Of a stretch of DNA of 64,000 bases, positions 25,620 through 37,861 are shown piece after piece. The position numbers and the translations under genes were made by a program. A model generated the notes under the pieces. That model ran no database searches, was not told the DNA's origin, and saw only the letters and a list, made by a program, of their open reading frames with translations. This DNA is from Dicyema japonicum. Its lineage: Eukaryota; Animalia; Dicyemida. The DNA lies in contig RDEW01000008.1 of assembly GCA_011109175.1 (NCBI GenBank), positions 1,600,513-1,664,512 of the forward strand, read 5' to 3'. Within the stretch, counting starts at the first letter, position 1. Each line of letters starts with the position of its first letter.

Positions 25620-28600
25620 TATTATTATTAAAGCACTTTCACGAAAGCCATAATGATTATAGCCCCGCATGTGCAACACTCAAAGAAACATATTTATAGT
25701 TAGTCTTTTCCATCTTCCTCTGTCGAATGCGAGTGATCTCAGTTCTTCCAGGTCGTCTCCCGTCTTTAGATTTTTTCTCACACGATTTAAGTCTTTGTTT
25801 AGGGCTGTCGGAAGTGTCGATCTAGGTCGTCCTCGGAAGGGTTTTTCGCATCTGTCAAAGTAATCTTCCATCGCTTTGTTAGCGGGTGCGTCCGGGTTCA
25901 TTTTTAGTACATGCCCAAATAGCCTCCACCGGGCATCTATCACATCCTTGCTGATGTAAGAACACATACACTTGTTGTAGATACCAGTGGTTGATATTCT
26001 ACGTGGCCACTCCATTCCGAGTAAGCTTCTTAGTTGCCTTCTATGGAACGAATCCAGTTTCAATAGTTCGTTGAAGGAACTTCCCCATGTCCCAGCGTTA
26101 TACAGTAGGATCGGTTTCACAAACGCGTTGTAAAGCCTGCATCTGATGTCAATTCCAAGTCCTTTGGCCCTTAGCCATCCTTTCTTCAGTTTAGCCATTG
26201 CCGCATTTGCCAGTGTTTTCCTCCTTAGTACATCTTCAGCGTCTCCTAGTAGAGAGCCGAGCTTATTAGTACGTCTCCATCTTTCTGAGTAATATCGTCT
26301 TCTCTTTTGATTTCCGTAATTTCAGTTTTGTTAACATTTACGCTGAGAAACCATTTCTCAAGCTCCGCAGGTGCATTTTCTAGCAGGTGTTGGAGTGCGG
26401 TCACATCCCGTGATACAAAATCCACATCATCCGCATAAGATGTCTCTTCTATGTCTCCTATATAGCATTTACGGAGGTCGCGGAGTGCAGATTCAAGGTA
26501 TATGGTGAATAGTAAAGGGGAGAGGGAATCACCCTGGGGTGTCCCAATCGTTGTTTTGAAACTGCGGGAAGTTGCTCCTTCTGTCCTCACAGATAGTCTT
26601 GTGTTCGCAAGTAGTAGTCTGATTATCCTAACCGACGATTCATCCAATATTTGCTCAAGCACATTCATCAGTTTCTGTCTGTTTATTGAGTCGAAAGCTC
26701 TGGAGAGATCTATTCCCAACACGGTTGTTGCGCTCTTGAATCTTTGGTGCGTTGCGCAGCGCCATCTGTGGCTCCATACAATGTCTGCCGTAGACCTCCC
26801 TTCTCGGAACCCACTTTGACTTGCTGGTAGGTATAGATCGCCACACCCTTTATCCGGCTTAGTGCAATGTTTGCCAGCACCTTGCGTATCGAATTCAGAA
26901 GTATTATCGGGCGGAGATTTTCTACTGGTCCTTTTGATTTGTTCGGTTTTTGTATGGGTATTAATAATCCATTTCCAAGTCCTAGATCGGTATTAGTTTC
27001 AAAGACGTCATTTAGGGTTTTTGCAATTGTGTCGCTAAGTTTTTTTGGCCCATATTTTAGGAGCTCAGGGCTTATGTTGTCCGGCCCAGCACTCTTGTTG
27101 TTCTTCAGTTTATTTATCGCTAATTCCACCTCTTCCACTGTGATTGGGATTTTTAGCGCCTTTGCTTCTCCTTGGAAAGGGGGAAAGTCATTATTTTCTT
27201 TATTCAACAGTGTTTCGAAGTGTCGTGCAATCAATTCTGCTTTTTCTTTCGGGTTACCCACGAATTTTCCATCTTTGTCTTTGATGTGAAGGATGTTTTG
27301 TCCTTTCTTTGTCCGCAGCAGCCGCAAAGCCGCATACATCCTTGAATTGTCTTTTAGGCATTCCACATCTTTTAATAGGGATGTAATAATTTCCCGTGAA
27401 TGTTTTCTGTTCATCTTTTTGATTTTCCACTTTAGTTCCCTTTGTTGGATATTAAGCTCTTTTTTTTACTCTCGTCTGACGTGTTTGCCGCTTTTAGTCG
27501 TAGCTCTCTGCAATGCTTTGCCATATTTGGCACGTTCGGGTGGTGATCCAATTTTAGGGCGTGATGATTTCGGACTCCAAGGCATATTTTGGCCGACTTG
27601 GAGATTGCCTGTTTTGTTTGATCCCACAGAGTTCGTACTGATGATTCCGGTGCGGTTTTCACCATAAGAGTCTCGATTTGTTCGTGATATTTAGCTCTAC
27701 AAGTTGGCTCTAACCACAATTTTTCTGTCTCGCCTTCTTCGCATTTTTAATGTATTTTTTCCCAGTCAGATGCTTTTTTACACAAAGTTTTGCAATGACG
27801 ATCCTGTGGTCACTTTCGGTTGTTGTTCCCTGGTAGGAACGTGCATCATTTATCAGGTGTTTATCAGACTTTCGGCAGATAATGTAGTCGATTTGATTAT
27901 ATATATTCACGGTCTCTCCGACAGAGTTTTTTCTTTGTCCGTGCCACGTCGTCTTGTGGTAAGCTGAGTGCGTAAAGGCCGTGTTGCACAGGAAAAGGCT
28001 ATTTGCCTCGCAAAAGTTTACCAGAGAGGCTCCAGATGCATTTCTCCTTCCGCGCCCGTGTCTTCCAATAGAGGATTCTTCGGGCCCCATTCGCATTCCG
28101 GCCTTTGCATTCATATCTCCCGCAACAAAGACAAGAGACAAGGAAGCATTGTTAGAGTATGTGCTTGATAGTTCTGAGTAGAATTCCTCGAGTTCACCGG
28201 GGTTCTTGATTACTCGTCCACATTGTGGTGCATAGACATTTATGACGGTTAGTAGACTCTTGGACGGGCATAGTTCTTTTAGTTTGACTTGTAGGACACA
28301 TATTCGGTCGTTGACTCTCCAATAGCGATGTAATTTTTTGAGGTAATCCACGTGTAGGGCAAATCCCATGCCGTAGTGCTTGCATTCAGTTGGGAAAAGA
28401 ATCAGTCGGTAGTTGTTCCATGTCTCATCGCGTCCATTTTCGATTTTCGTCTCTTGTAGGCAGCCAATAGATATTTTGTATTTCTCGAGATCGTCACAAA
28501 GTACTTTCCTTGTCCAATCTTTCGATATTCCACGTACGTTAAACGTCATTAGCCTGAGTTCTCGATTGTATGATGAGTGTTTTCAGACATTTTTCTTAAC
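25620..28600 (-). mobile_element. Near full-length RTE-clade non-LTR retrotransposon (APE + RT)
   Basis: APE motifs TFNVRG, CLQET, INVYAP, GDMNA, NQIDY, SDH. RT motifs SAGPD, LRPIILL, IDLSRAFDS, GTPQGDSLSPLLF, YADD. RTE-type C-terminus RWRLFGHVLKM...RGRPR. Short 3' UTR with stem-loop and (TAA)n tail. About four single-base frameshifts only. Confidence 0.93.
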
Positions 28601-28922
28601 CGTGGCTTAGTGGTTAGGTGTCGGGCTTAAGTGGCTTAGGCTACGGGTTCGAATCTCGCTGCTGTTCACCTGGTGGAAGGTTCCACGCATCTACGATGCG
28701 GAAAGGGTTTGACGAGTGACGCCGTCATCAGTGAATACTCACTGCGGAACTGGATTGTCTAGAAAGGACACTCACACAAGAAAAAGAAAAAAGAAGTGAA
28801 GATCATTCCTTGGTTCTACAATTAGTTAAAATTAACTGTTCTTTACTTAAATAAAGTGTGTGTCCTGCCTATGCGGAGCTAATACCACGGCTCCGTGAAA
28901 AAGGCTGTTATTATTATTATTA
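28598..28922 (+). mobile_element. tRNA-derived SINE family 1 (RTE-type tail), near full-length
   Basis: A-box TGGCTTAGTGG, B-box GGTTCGAATC, structured core, 3' stem-loop homologous to the RTE 3' UTR, (TTA)n tail. Confidence 0.85.
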
Positions 28923-29559
28923 TAGTAAATTTAAGAATTCAATAGCTAATCAAATTTTTTAAACGATTTGAGAGATTGGTGAAAAGTTTGAGTTTGAAAC
29001 CCTCAAGATATTGAAATAGACTAAAAATACTCTGCCAAACATAATGCACACCTTTTCCTGAATTGATTCTTTAGTTTTTCATTTTGTCGATTTTTAACTT
29101 CATTTTTTTCAAGTCTTTTACAGAAATGAATGTTCCTTAGCATTATCATCCCAGATTCATTTCTGTGCTGTAGTAACAATTACGACTATCAATTATTATT
29201 CCAATAACTCTATTTCAAGTAAATTAAGTAATGTTCAATTAAAAAATTGCTACAATGAGTTAAATTATTGCTCATGAAAATAAGAAAATTAAAAAAAAGT
29301 TAGAAGTTTACTTGACAATTCAAATTAACCGTCATCAAACCCTCAGGGTAACGAAATTATTGAAAAATTCTCGAAGGTTTCTAAGTAAATAAACCTGTAA
29401 ATTATTAAAATTTAGGTGAGTCAATTCCTGCTTTTCTTCTTTAGGAACAACAAAGTTCGCTGTTTCGATTCAACGATAACAATTTAATTTCCAAAAGAAC
29501 GATCTGTTCAATCGCCATGATAGTAAAAATCAAGTCACACTAATAAAAGAAAACAAGTA

Positions 29560-31700
29560 AATTCTTAGATTCAAGAGGCCAGGAATGGGAAGGCGATCCC
29601 TCTGATCGCTGCCATTTCGAACCTCTGCATCAACCAGAGTCCTTCGCGGTGCTCACATCTCTTTGAAACAAATCTTGGTCCGATACTGGAATTTAAAATC
29701 TAAACTTCTTGGCATTCTCTAAATAAACTTTTAAACTAATTTAATTGGGATTTCATTTTATATACGGCTTATGTGACTTAAAATTATTCATTCTTGAGTT
29801 ACTTTATATATAACCAAATGTGTTCAATAAACTCAGATTAGATTGTCAATTCCTGACTAGGCAAAACAACCTCAAACAACTTTGGGAACCTTAGTCCAGT
29901 GCCCCCGTTCTCACAGGCAGATTACACATTTTCCACCCCGGTTCATCTAACTTTACTTTTAGTATTGACTCCGCCGACTGTCTCAGGGTAATGCTCTCCA
30001 ATGTTCAAAACAAGTGAACTTCTCAATAAGTACATCAATTTCGACATAGTAATGCATTTCTTGATAAGAAAAAAATAGATGTGAATCCAAGGAGGATATT
30101 ATCTCCGTAAAAACTTCTAATTTATTCCTTTGTTGCGAAGGTGGTTTTTCCGAGCGGACATCCGAGAAAGTGTACCTTGTCCATAGAAGTGATGTTGATA
30201 TCTGGTAGTAAGGTTTCAAATAAGAAATATAAGATTGAACAAGAGACGTTGACAAGTTCTCACTTCTTAACTTTGATACTCAATCTCAATTCGCATAGGG
30301 CTGGAATAGCTGAAGAAGCATCGTGATATACATTCTCCCATGGGCCAGCTATTGTAGCATTATCCAAGCACCACAGGTTGAATTCGCAGTTTATATTGCG
30401 CGCCACAATATCAATCTTCAAAGCGGAAATCAAGCTCCCTAAGAGGTCTCCCCGCTGAACACTGGTGCGAAAATGAACGATTTCGTTTCCGTACACTAAG
30501 GTTAACTCCGTCACGTACAATAAGTGTACAAGCCGGCTAATTTCTGAAGTTCTCTACCAACAAGTCTTCAAAATACAGTCACTCCTTAGCGAATTGAAGA
30601 CGTTCGATATATCAAGTTCATGCCTAGGAATCGGGCTTGGAGATTATTCATGCTGAGGTAACTCCTCATTGCATGCACTGTTACCTCGCATCCACTGGTC
30701 TCATCCACGCCAAGTTGAGTCGGGGACAGCGATCCTAGGAGAGATTCTCTAGGCTGTGATTTTACCAGCTAGCCTTTCGGAAGTATGTTCCGATCGCAAA
30801 TGAACGAACTCCACCATCTCCTTTTCGGAATGCTAATAGATTTCCTCAAAAAAGATCTTTAGCAAATGTGGGCGAGGAGGTCGGTGATAGACGTGGTCAC
30901 AGCTCGGCCCGCCTCAGCAGTAGCATCTGAAATTAAATCCTTTACATTGCTTGGACGTAGTCTGTCCAACCTCCACTACTGCTGGATGCAAACAACTTTA
31001 TTCCTCGTATTACTTAGTTTTCGATGAGGGAAAATATCCGGAAGCGTTAAGTGGGGGTGATTCAAAGGTGGAGCTAGGTGCTTTCTTTTCAGTAACTCAA
31101 AAACTGCTAGACACGGTTTCGCGAGTATTTTGTCAAAATACACAACACTAGCTTCAAGGACGTCCCCTTCCATCAGTTTTAGATTCACCCTTTCTTTTAG
31201 TGATTTAGAATTTCCAGTTTTTTCTTGCTTAAGGAGACAATTGGTACCGCGGAGGTGTTTTTTTTAAATGCAAGGCGTTCTTTTTTATTATACTTTACGA
31301 CATTTTCCGGGGCAGTAATTCCGAGGGTCATAGGTGCGAAGTTTAGTAACTTTAGCCAAGAGCTCTGATCATTGATTTATAGATTATTGACGTGAGACAG
31401 TATCTATTCGAATCAATCTAGCTTTTCGACTCTCTGATAACTTGAGAAAAAAAGGTTCGATGCTTCCAGAATACGTAAAATGATTTACTTCAACAAATTG
31501 GCGGTTCAGAATGGGATCAACATCCATCTAATACACGCAGTCCTATTTGTAAACGGATCCCGCTGTCAGTTTCGACATTCTTACAGACTCGAAGCGGAAA
31601 AAATTTCTCATAAGACGTACAGTTCAAACCAAACTTCCTTACGTTGCAATTTTGGCAAGATGCGCATTTCTACAATTTCACGAGTAAAATGTGTATAATA
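29560..31700 (-). mobile_element. Decayed CRE-like RT region
   Basis: SVQRGDLLGSL...FNLWCLDNATIAG corresponds to GVQQGDPLGP...WYLDD; many stops. Confidence 0.65.
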
Positions 31701-32300
31701 ATACTCATTCGACCTTTATGGAAACGGAAGAATTGCACCGTAGGGCTTGCATTCTGGCAGCTTCTTCCCCTCAGCGGTGCTTGGCTGAACGGGTTCCATT
31801 CATCTTCAATTGGTTCCCTTCTGGAACAGGACGCCATCCGGAATGGGATATCTATCCGTCTCGGGATCAACCTGTGCCAGCCTCATCCATAAAATTTTGT
31901 TTTAGACTGCAAAAGACTTCACCCGCTCTTTTGCGTCTTAGCAGAGGCCGGTTCCCGAGGTATGCAGCCCTCATCGGGGTTGTGAACCGCAATCTTGAGG
32001 CGGCTAGATTTCCGTCGTCTCTGGAACCGGTGGGCCTGGATCATGGAGATGGTAAGCGCCCAGACAGAGTAGCTGTCTTTTCCTTCTCTCGGGGAAATGC
32101 TTGATTTGGGATGGGGCTTGTACCGACAACTTTTTTTAGTCGAGACTTGCTGTTTTCGCGTTGATACCTGGAAGACAGCCTCTATACAAGATTCCATGTA
32201 CAGCCCGGTATGTCGAGACGAATGGAGTTTTCGGTCCCAAGGCGGTCTCTTGTCTAAGATCGTTCGGGTCAATGATTTCGACAACTGCTAGAGAAATCTT
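31700..32300 (+). mobile_element. CRE-like RLE fragment
   Basis: GAWLNG...LEPVGLDHGDGKRPD...VETNGVFGP. Confidence 0.75.
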
Positions 32301-32411
32301 TGGAATAGCCAAACTATATATTTCCAAAAATGTGTTGAAAATAAGAAAATTAAAAAAAAGTTGTTTTTATCCATAACAATTTGTTCTTTACCATTTAAAA
32401 AATTATAACGC

Positions 32412-33100
32412 ATTCCTTGGTTCTACGATTAGTTAAAATTAACTGTTCTTTACTTAAATAAAGTGTGTGTCCTGCCTATGCGGAGCTATAAATACTATGG
32501 CTCTCGTGAAAAGGCTTTATTATTATTATTATTGGTCGGGAAAATGGTCGGATGTTCCTGGTCTGAATCTCGCTGCTATCCATTTAGTAGAAGGTTAGAT
32601 GCCTCTAGGATGTCGAGTATCTGTGATTGTCTCAGAGATTCACACTCAAGCAAAAGAAATAACAAAAATTTAAGAACACCTTTAATCTCTTAGATTAATA
32701 ACTTGGATTAATTAGCATAACTGTTCTTAAATGAATTCCACCTAACGAGTGCCTTGCAAGAGACTTGATGGCCCTTAGTTCATATCTCACTACTATACAT
32801 TCCGTTTGAAGGTTCCACGCATCTACGATGCTTTGGCTTGACGAGTGACCCCGTAATCAGTGAACATTTCACTGTGGAACCCGATTGTCTATAAAGGACA
32901 TACAAAGAAAAAAGAAAAAAGTAGTGAAGAACATCCTTGGTTCTTCCTCTACGATTGGTTGTCATAACTGTTCTTTACTTAAATAAAGTGTGTGTCCTGC
33001 CTGAGCTATAGCTAATATGCGTAAAAGTGCAGTTCTGCCGAAGCTGAGATGAGTCATGGAAACATTACTACCCCTTGGCTGAAGGGCTGAATTATTATTA
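32412..33100 (+). mobile_element. Three stacked SINE family 1 copies or fragments
   Basis: 3' half 32412-32533, old copy ~32535-32770, copy ~32805-33100. Confidence 0.75.
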
Positions 33101-33194
33101 TATTGAGTTTTTAGACAAATGATAATAATTTTATAAATCATGTGAAAAGGTGGAAAGTGTCAAAAAACTTAAAAAATTATTTCATTAAAAAAAA

Positions 33195-33240
33195 TAATTT
33201 TATTCTCCACCAATGAAAATTTATACTTGACTCATAATAT
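33195..33240 (+). promoter_or_regulatory. Conserved upstream block of the NR paralogs with a TGA(C/G)TCA site (homologs near 38790-38835, 41725-41770 and 44800-44845 on the minus strand)
   Basis: An attttaytc..caatgaaa-tttatacttgaStcata block is retained upstream of all four ATGs while neighbouring sequence diverges. Confidence 0.55.
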
Positions 33241-33257
33241 ATTTTTTATTTTTAAAA

Positions 33258-34150
33258 ATGGAGCATTGCAGAGTATGTAATAGGTTATGTAATACAATAA
33301 GTGGAATATGTGTTGTATGTAAACAATTTTTTAAGTAGTAAAATATTATAAACTTAATAGGAACCACATCAATAAATGTATTAAAATTATTTGTCAAAGT
33401 GAAATTCCATGCGAACCAAATGGATTGAATAGAAATTATTGTAGAGATTGCAGATTTAAAAAATGTATAGAGCAAGGACTAACCCTACAAAGTTTGATAA
33501 TGTTGTCATTTTTAGATATCTATGATAATATTCATAGTCGAATGAGGCATCTAACACCATTTAATAAAGTTTCATATATTAATGATAAATTGGATCGGGT
33601 ATTTTGAATTATAGTTTTAGTCAATTAAATTCGACTCCGTCATAACTTTTTTAGAAAATCATGAAAATTATAATATCCAAATAGACTATTTTACGGAATT
33701 GAACAAAATTTGGATCGAAAAATTTATAGAATTCGAACAAATTCAAATTACAACAACGGTAATGAATGGATAATTTTTGTAGGATTTGGAAAATTATTAT
33801 AGTTACATTGCGAAGGCTAATATTGTCATTAATTGCTTAATAAATTGCAATTATAGAGTAATTTGCAGCATTGGAGATTCAGATAAATTACAATTCATAA
33901 TGAAATACAATAATTTGCAAGACTATAAAATTATTTAAATATATCATACGCCGAATATAGACTATTTAGGATTTTGTGCTTTTTAAATATTTGTATGACA
34001 ATTCAAATTCAAATATGTTTTAAATACTACGAATATTTTGGATATTTATATGAAGTTCGTTCATGTAACAGCAATGATTTACGTCTACTATTATTTGTCA
34101 TTAAAGAAATATTGGAAATGTCATTAATTCTCCATAGAATCATTAATTAG
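33258..34150 (+). CDS. Mini nuclear receptor copy A (C4 zinc-finger DBD plus reduced LBD)
   Basis: Splicing introns 33335-33360, 33492-33515, 33599-33620 and 33759-33782 gives MEHCRVCNRLCNTISGICVVCKQFFKNHINKCIKIICQSEIPCEPNGLNRNYCRDCRFKKCIEQGL... One -1 shift in an A-run near 33928. Confidence 0.85.
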
Positions 34151-34659
34151 GAAAAATATATTTTTTATTTATTGGGTTTTAATTTTTCTTGTTCAATTCT
34201 ATATAATGTCAGTAATTTATAGTTCTTGAGATTTGAGCTTTAGAACTGGTTCTTCCGAAAACCTTCAAAGTTTAACTTTCTCGTTTATGATATGGGCATC
34301 ATCCGTCTCTGGCTGGGAGAAAAGTTTGGGATATCTTTGCTACCCTGGACCACCAGGTCTCGACGTCAAAATAATGTATCTTTGGAGCGCCCTGTCTTAG
34401 CGGCGTTTTGTGACGGTTACCAGTTTCCTATAAGTTAGCGAAACTTTCATTATCTCTTACGTTCTGGTAGCGCACAGGCCACCAACCTACTGCACCAATA
34501 AAGTGAAGCATTTTCTTCACTTCATTAGAAGATTTCATACCTGGCGACGTTCTGCCTTGTCTTTTTCGCTCATATATAGACACAATGAAACGAGGTTAAC
34601 ATTTCTACAATTAAATTTTTAGGGGATGATCTAATAAAAAACAAATATAAAATTAAAAA

Positions 34660-35460
34660 AAATGAAATACACTTAATCATTTTTTGCATATATCATCAAT
34701 ATCTGGTCGTATGGCTGACAACACCACTCGCATTTCTGCATAAATATTTTTCAAAATTTCCCGTTTTTTTTTATTTAATTTGAAAACAGCGTAGAAAAAT
34801 TGTTTCTCATAAATATGTCGTTGAAAATTGTCAAAAAATTGTTAGTGCTTGTGTAGATGATATGTGATATATGTTTCCAGAATTCCGTTAAACAGTTCAA
34901 TAAGTTCTTTATTTTCTTTAGCAGATAAGTGTTCTAAAACACAATGAGATGATTCTATCTCATTATTTTTAGATTTAACTAATGAAACAAGTCCATTAAC
35001 ACGACCAGACTTACACGGGGCTCTATTTGTACCTATAACAATACAATTGGCAAATGCAATATTATTGAAATTGAAATAATCATTCATTATCGTGAACATT
35101 TCAATTGCTCGAGTAGTAATTAAAATAGGCTTACATAACAAGTATTGTTCTGTAATTTTCCCAAAATTGACAAATCGTATATATGCCAACAAATGTGAAA
35201 TTCCTGAAATGTCTGGATTCATCAAGTTGTAATAAAAAACGAGTTTCATTAATAGAAAATAAGACATTGTTTTCAATATTCTCCGACAAAGAACAGATGA
35301 GACAGTGTTTTCTGACAAAGGTATTTTCATTATTTTTTGTTCATATTTATGACCAAATATGGCCCGGCTTTAACTTTTAGATTGCATCTGTGATTATGGC
35401 CTCCTCGTTTTCTAATTTTTCATCATAATAGCGTACATTATTTGCCTTTAAAAAAAGTTT
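34660..35460 (-). mobile_element. hAT (Buster/Charlie; ZBED5/SCAND3-like) transposase relic
   Basis: IPLSENTV, DISGISHLLAYIRFV, IGTNRAP...GLV, SHCVL, EMRVVLSAIRPDI. Confidence 0.72.
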
Positions 35461-37861
35461 ACTTCATTTAATAAAATATTTTCCTTCTTTTTTATATCCT
35501 TATTTCCTTATATCCTTCTTCCTCATATCTTTAAGTAAAACCGTCAAAATTCTGATATCTTTTGATCAGTATATGATAGGAAAAAGTCAATTTGTCTAAT
35601 GATTTCAATATTTTTCTTCAACTGAAAGATTTATACATTTTCTTGACATATTTGAGGAGCTAAAACAATTAAATCTTAGGTTATCAACAACCTGCTGGCT
35701 ATTCAAGCGAATCTCGCTCGCTATCCTGAGAGGAAATAGCCACGCAGTCAGGGCAGCCTCTATATAACCGTTTACTCTATTTTCTTTTTTCAATGAAATT
35801 TAAATAATTAAAAAAAACAAAGAAGTGAAATTATTTCTTTAATTTAAAAAGAAAAATGTAAATAAATTTATATTATAACTTTTTAAAATAAATTTTAATG
35901 AACTATTTTTTAAAAAGATAGCGGTTTAATAAAACTGGCGGTTAGTAGAGAGTTTGCCATATGATTTTTGGGATTTTCGTTAAAATTTGGCGGTTAATAA
36001 AAATAAGAAAATTGTAGCAGATATGAGTTATTTGAAAATTCAAATTAGTTCAATCAGTCCAACAGTAAAAGAAAACGAATTTTTATTAGAGAATTAAATA
36101 AGAATGTCATCATAGAGCTTCATCGAGTTATCCAAGGTAACTAAGAGAAAAATAAACCTGTAAATCATTCAAACCCGGCTAATTTAAATTCCCTGTTTCG
36201 ATTCAACGAAAACAACATTTCAACTTCCTAGAAATAGGTCTTTTCAATCGCATTGGTAATAAACATAGTTAATACTTAGGTCTCTATATTTAGCGCAAAT
36301 AATTCATATATATCAAAGTCAATAACCTGATACGTATTGGAAAAGTCCAGAGCCTCTAATACATATCTACTTCTTGATCACAATATGATTGGCCCCTCAT
36401 CTCATAAACATTCATGTGATTAGGGAGATCAGCCACGTTTTGGCAAAGTTCTTTAACAAGAAACATGATGATTGAAAATAGCACGGGAACCTCAAAAAAA
36501 AAAACCTTGTCAAATCTCATTTCCAATATTCTACCTGAGTTGTTCAATTTCAAACTTAAAGTTTATCAGACTAAATAAAGATGCCTTGTTTTATGTCTCA
36601 GTTTCAGGACTACAAATATCATAGTACTTGAAGAAGTGCTTCGCTAATAATACACGGAAAAATCCCCGACTTTCCCGAACACAATTATCAAACTGTTAAC
36701 TAACTGAAACAGAATCATCTCACACTGTTCTGCGGTCGAAGTAGGATGCATACTTTACAACACTTTTTCTCAACAAGGGGCGAATTTTACTTGTTAAGGA
36801 GCAATTTTTTATTTAGTGATTTTTAAATTATAATAATAATAACAACACCAGAGACTACGGTTACAAAAACTAACTAATCACGTGATCCAGCACGCTCTAC
36901 CAGAACCTCAACTTGGTCCAATTCTCCTCCCTTGACCACAAAAGCACGTATCGGCCAGAATAACTGAATAAAAAACATAAAAAAAACAAGGACAAAAGAA
37001 GAAAAATAAATTCATTAATAAATGCCTACAATCCACAAACTACTCAAGATTTTTCTATTAATATAAAGTCGCGTATTTTTTGCCAATACTGTTTTTTTAA
37101 TTATTTTATTATATACAACCTCCATTGTCAAGAGTGCAATACCTCCATATGTAGAAATGTCTTTTAAACATATTGCCCAAAGGGAATCTTAAGAATTATT
37201 AAAAACTATTCCATTCAGTAACTTACAATGCTAGGATGATTTGATGATATATAATCGTTACTTTTAAAAACATTTAAATCTAGAAAAAAACTCATATAAT
37301 ATAGTCTCTGCAATAGCGATGATCGCAAATACTATGCATTTATGAATTTTTAAAACAAAAATGCAAAATGCGATATTTATACATTGTATACAACGCAGGC
37401 AAAAGTTTGACGATAATTTATCGGTTAAACTGCATGAAAAATAAATATTGTAATACGAATTTACTTACTTTATCTCAAGCTATAATCACTTTTTCTAGAT
37501 TTTTAAAATTATTAACAGGTTTGAAAATTTTTTATAATGGCGATACGAAAAAAGAGATTGAGAAACACTGCTTTACAAGGATCAATTTGATCCATATATG
37601 TATTGTGAACCCTTTATTGGAGCATGGAAAAGATGGATCCTTTTTAGGATATCGCACATGGATTGTGGTCTTCGAGTAATTGGATCTCAAGATAGCTCTT
37701 AGGAATTGATAAAGGGAAGGAGAAGAAATAACCCTTTGATCAAGTAGGCAGTACCCTGGGAATCTTACCAACTCGACAGTAATAACAAGCTACTAGTATA
37801 AATTAATGAATAATTCAATGAGAAAAATTAAAACCCAACATATTATAAATTAAATTTTTTG

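Noticed and set aside
26502-28181. Plus-strand ORFs of 66-140 aa overlapping the RTE
   Set aside because: Antisense shadows of the RT/APE frame with no recognisable motifs.
28598-28670. tRNA gene
   Set aside because: A and B boxes are present but the anticodon arm is poor, and it is the head of a multicopy SINE.
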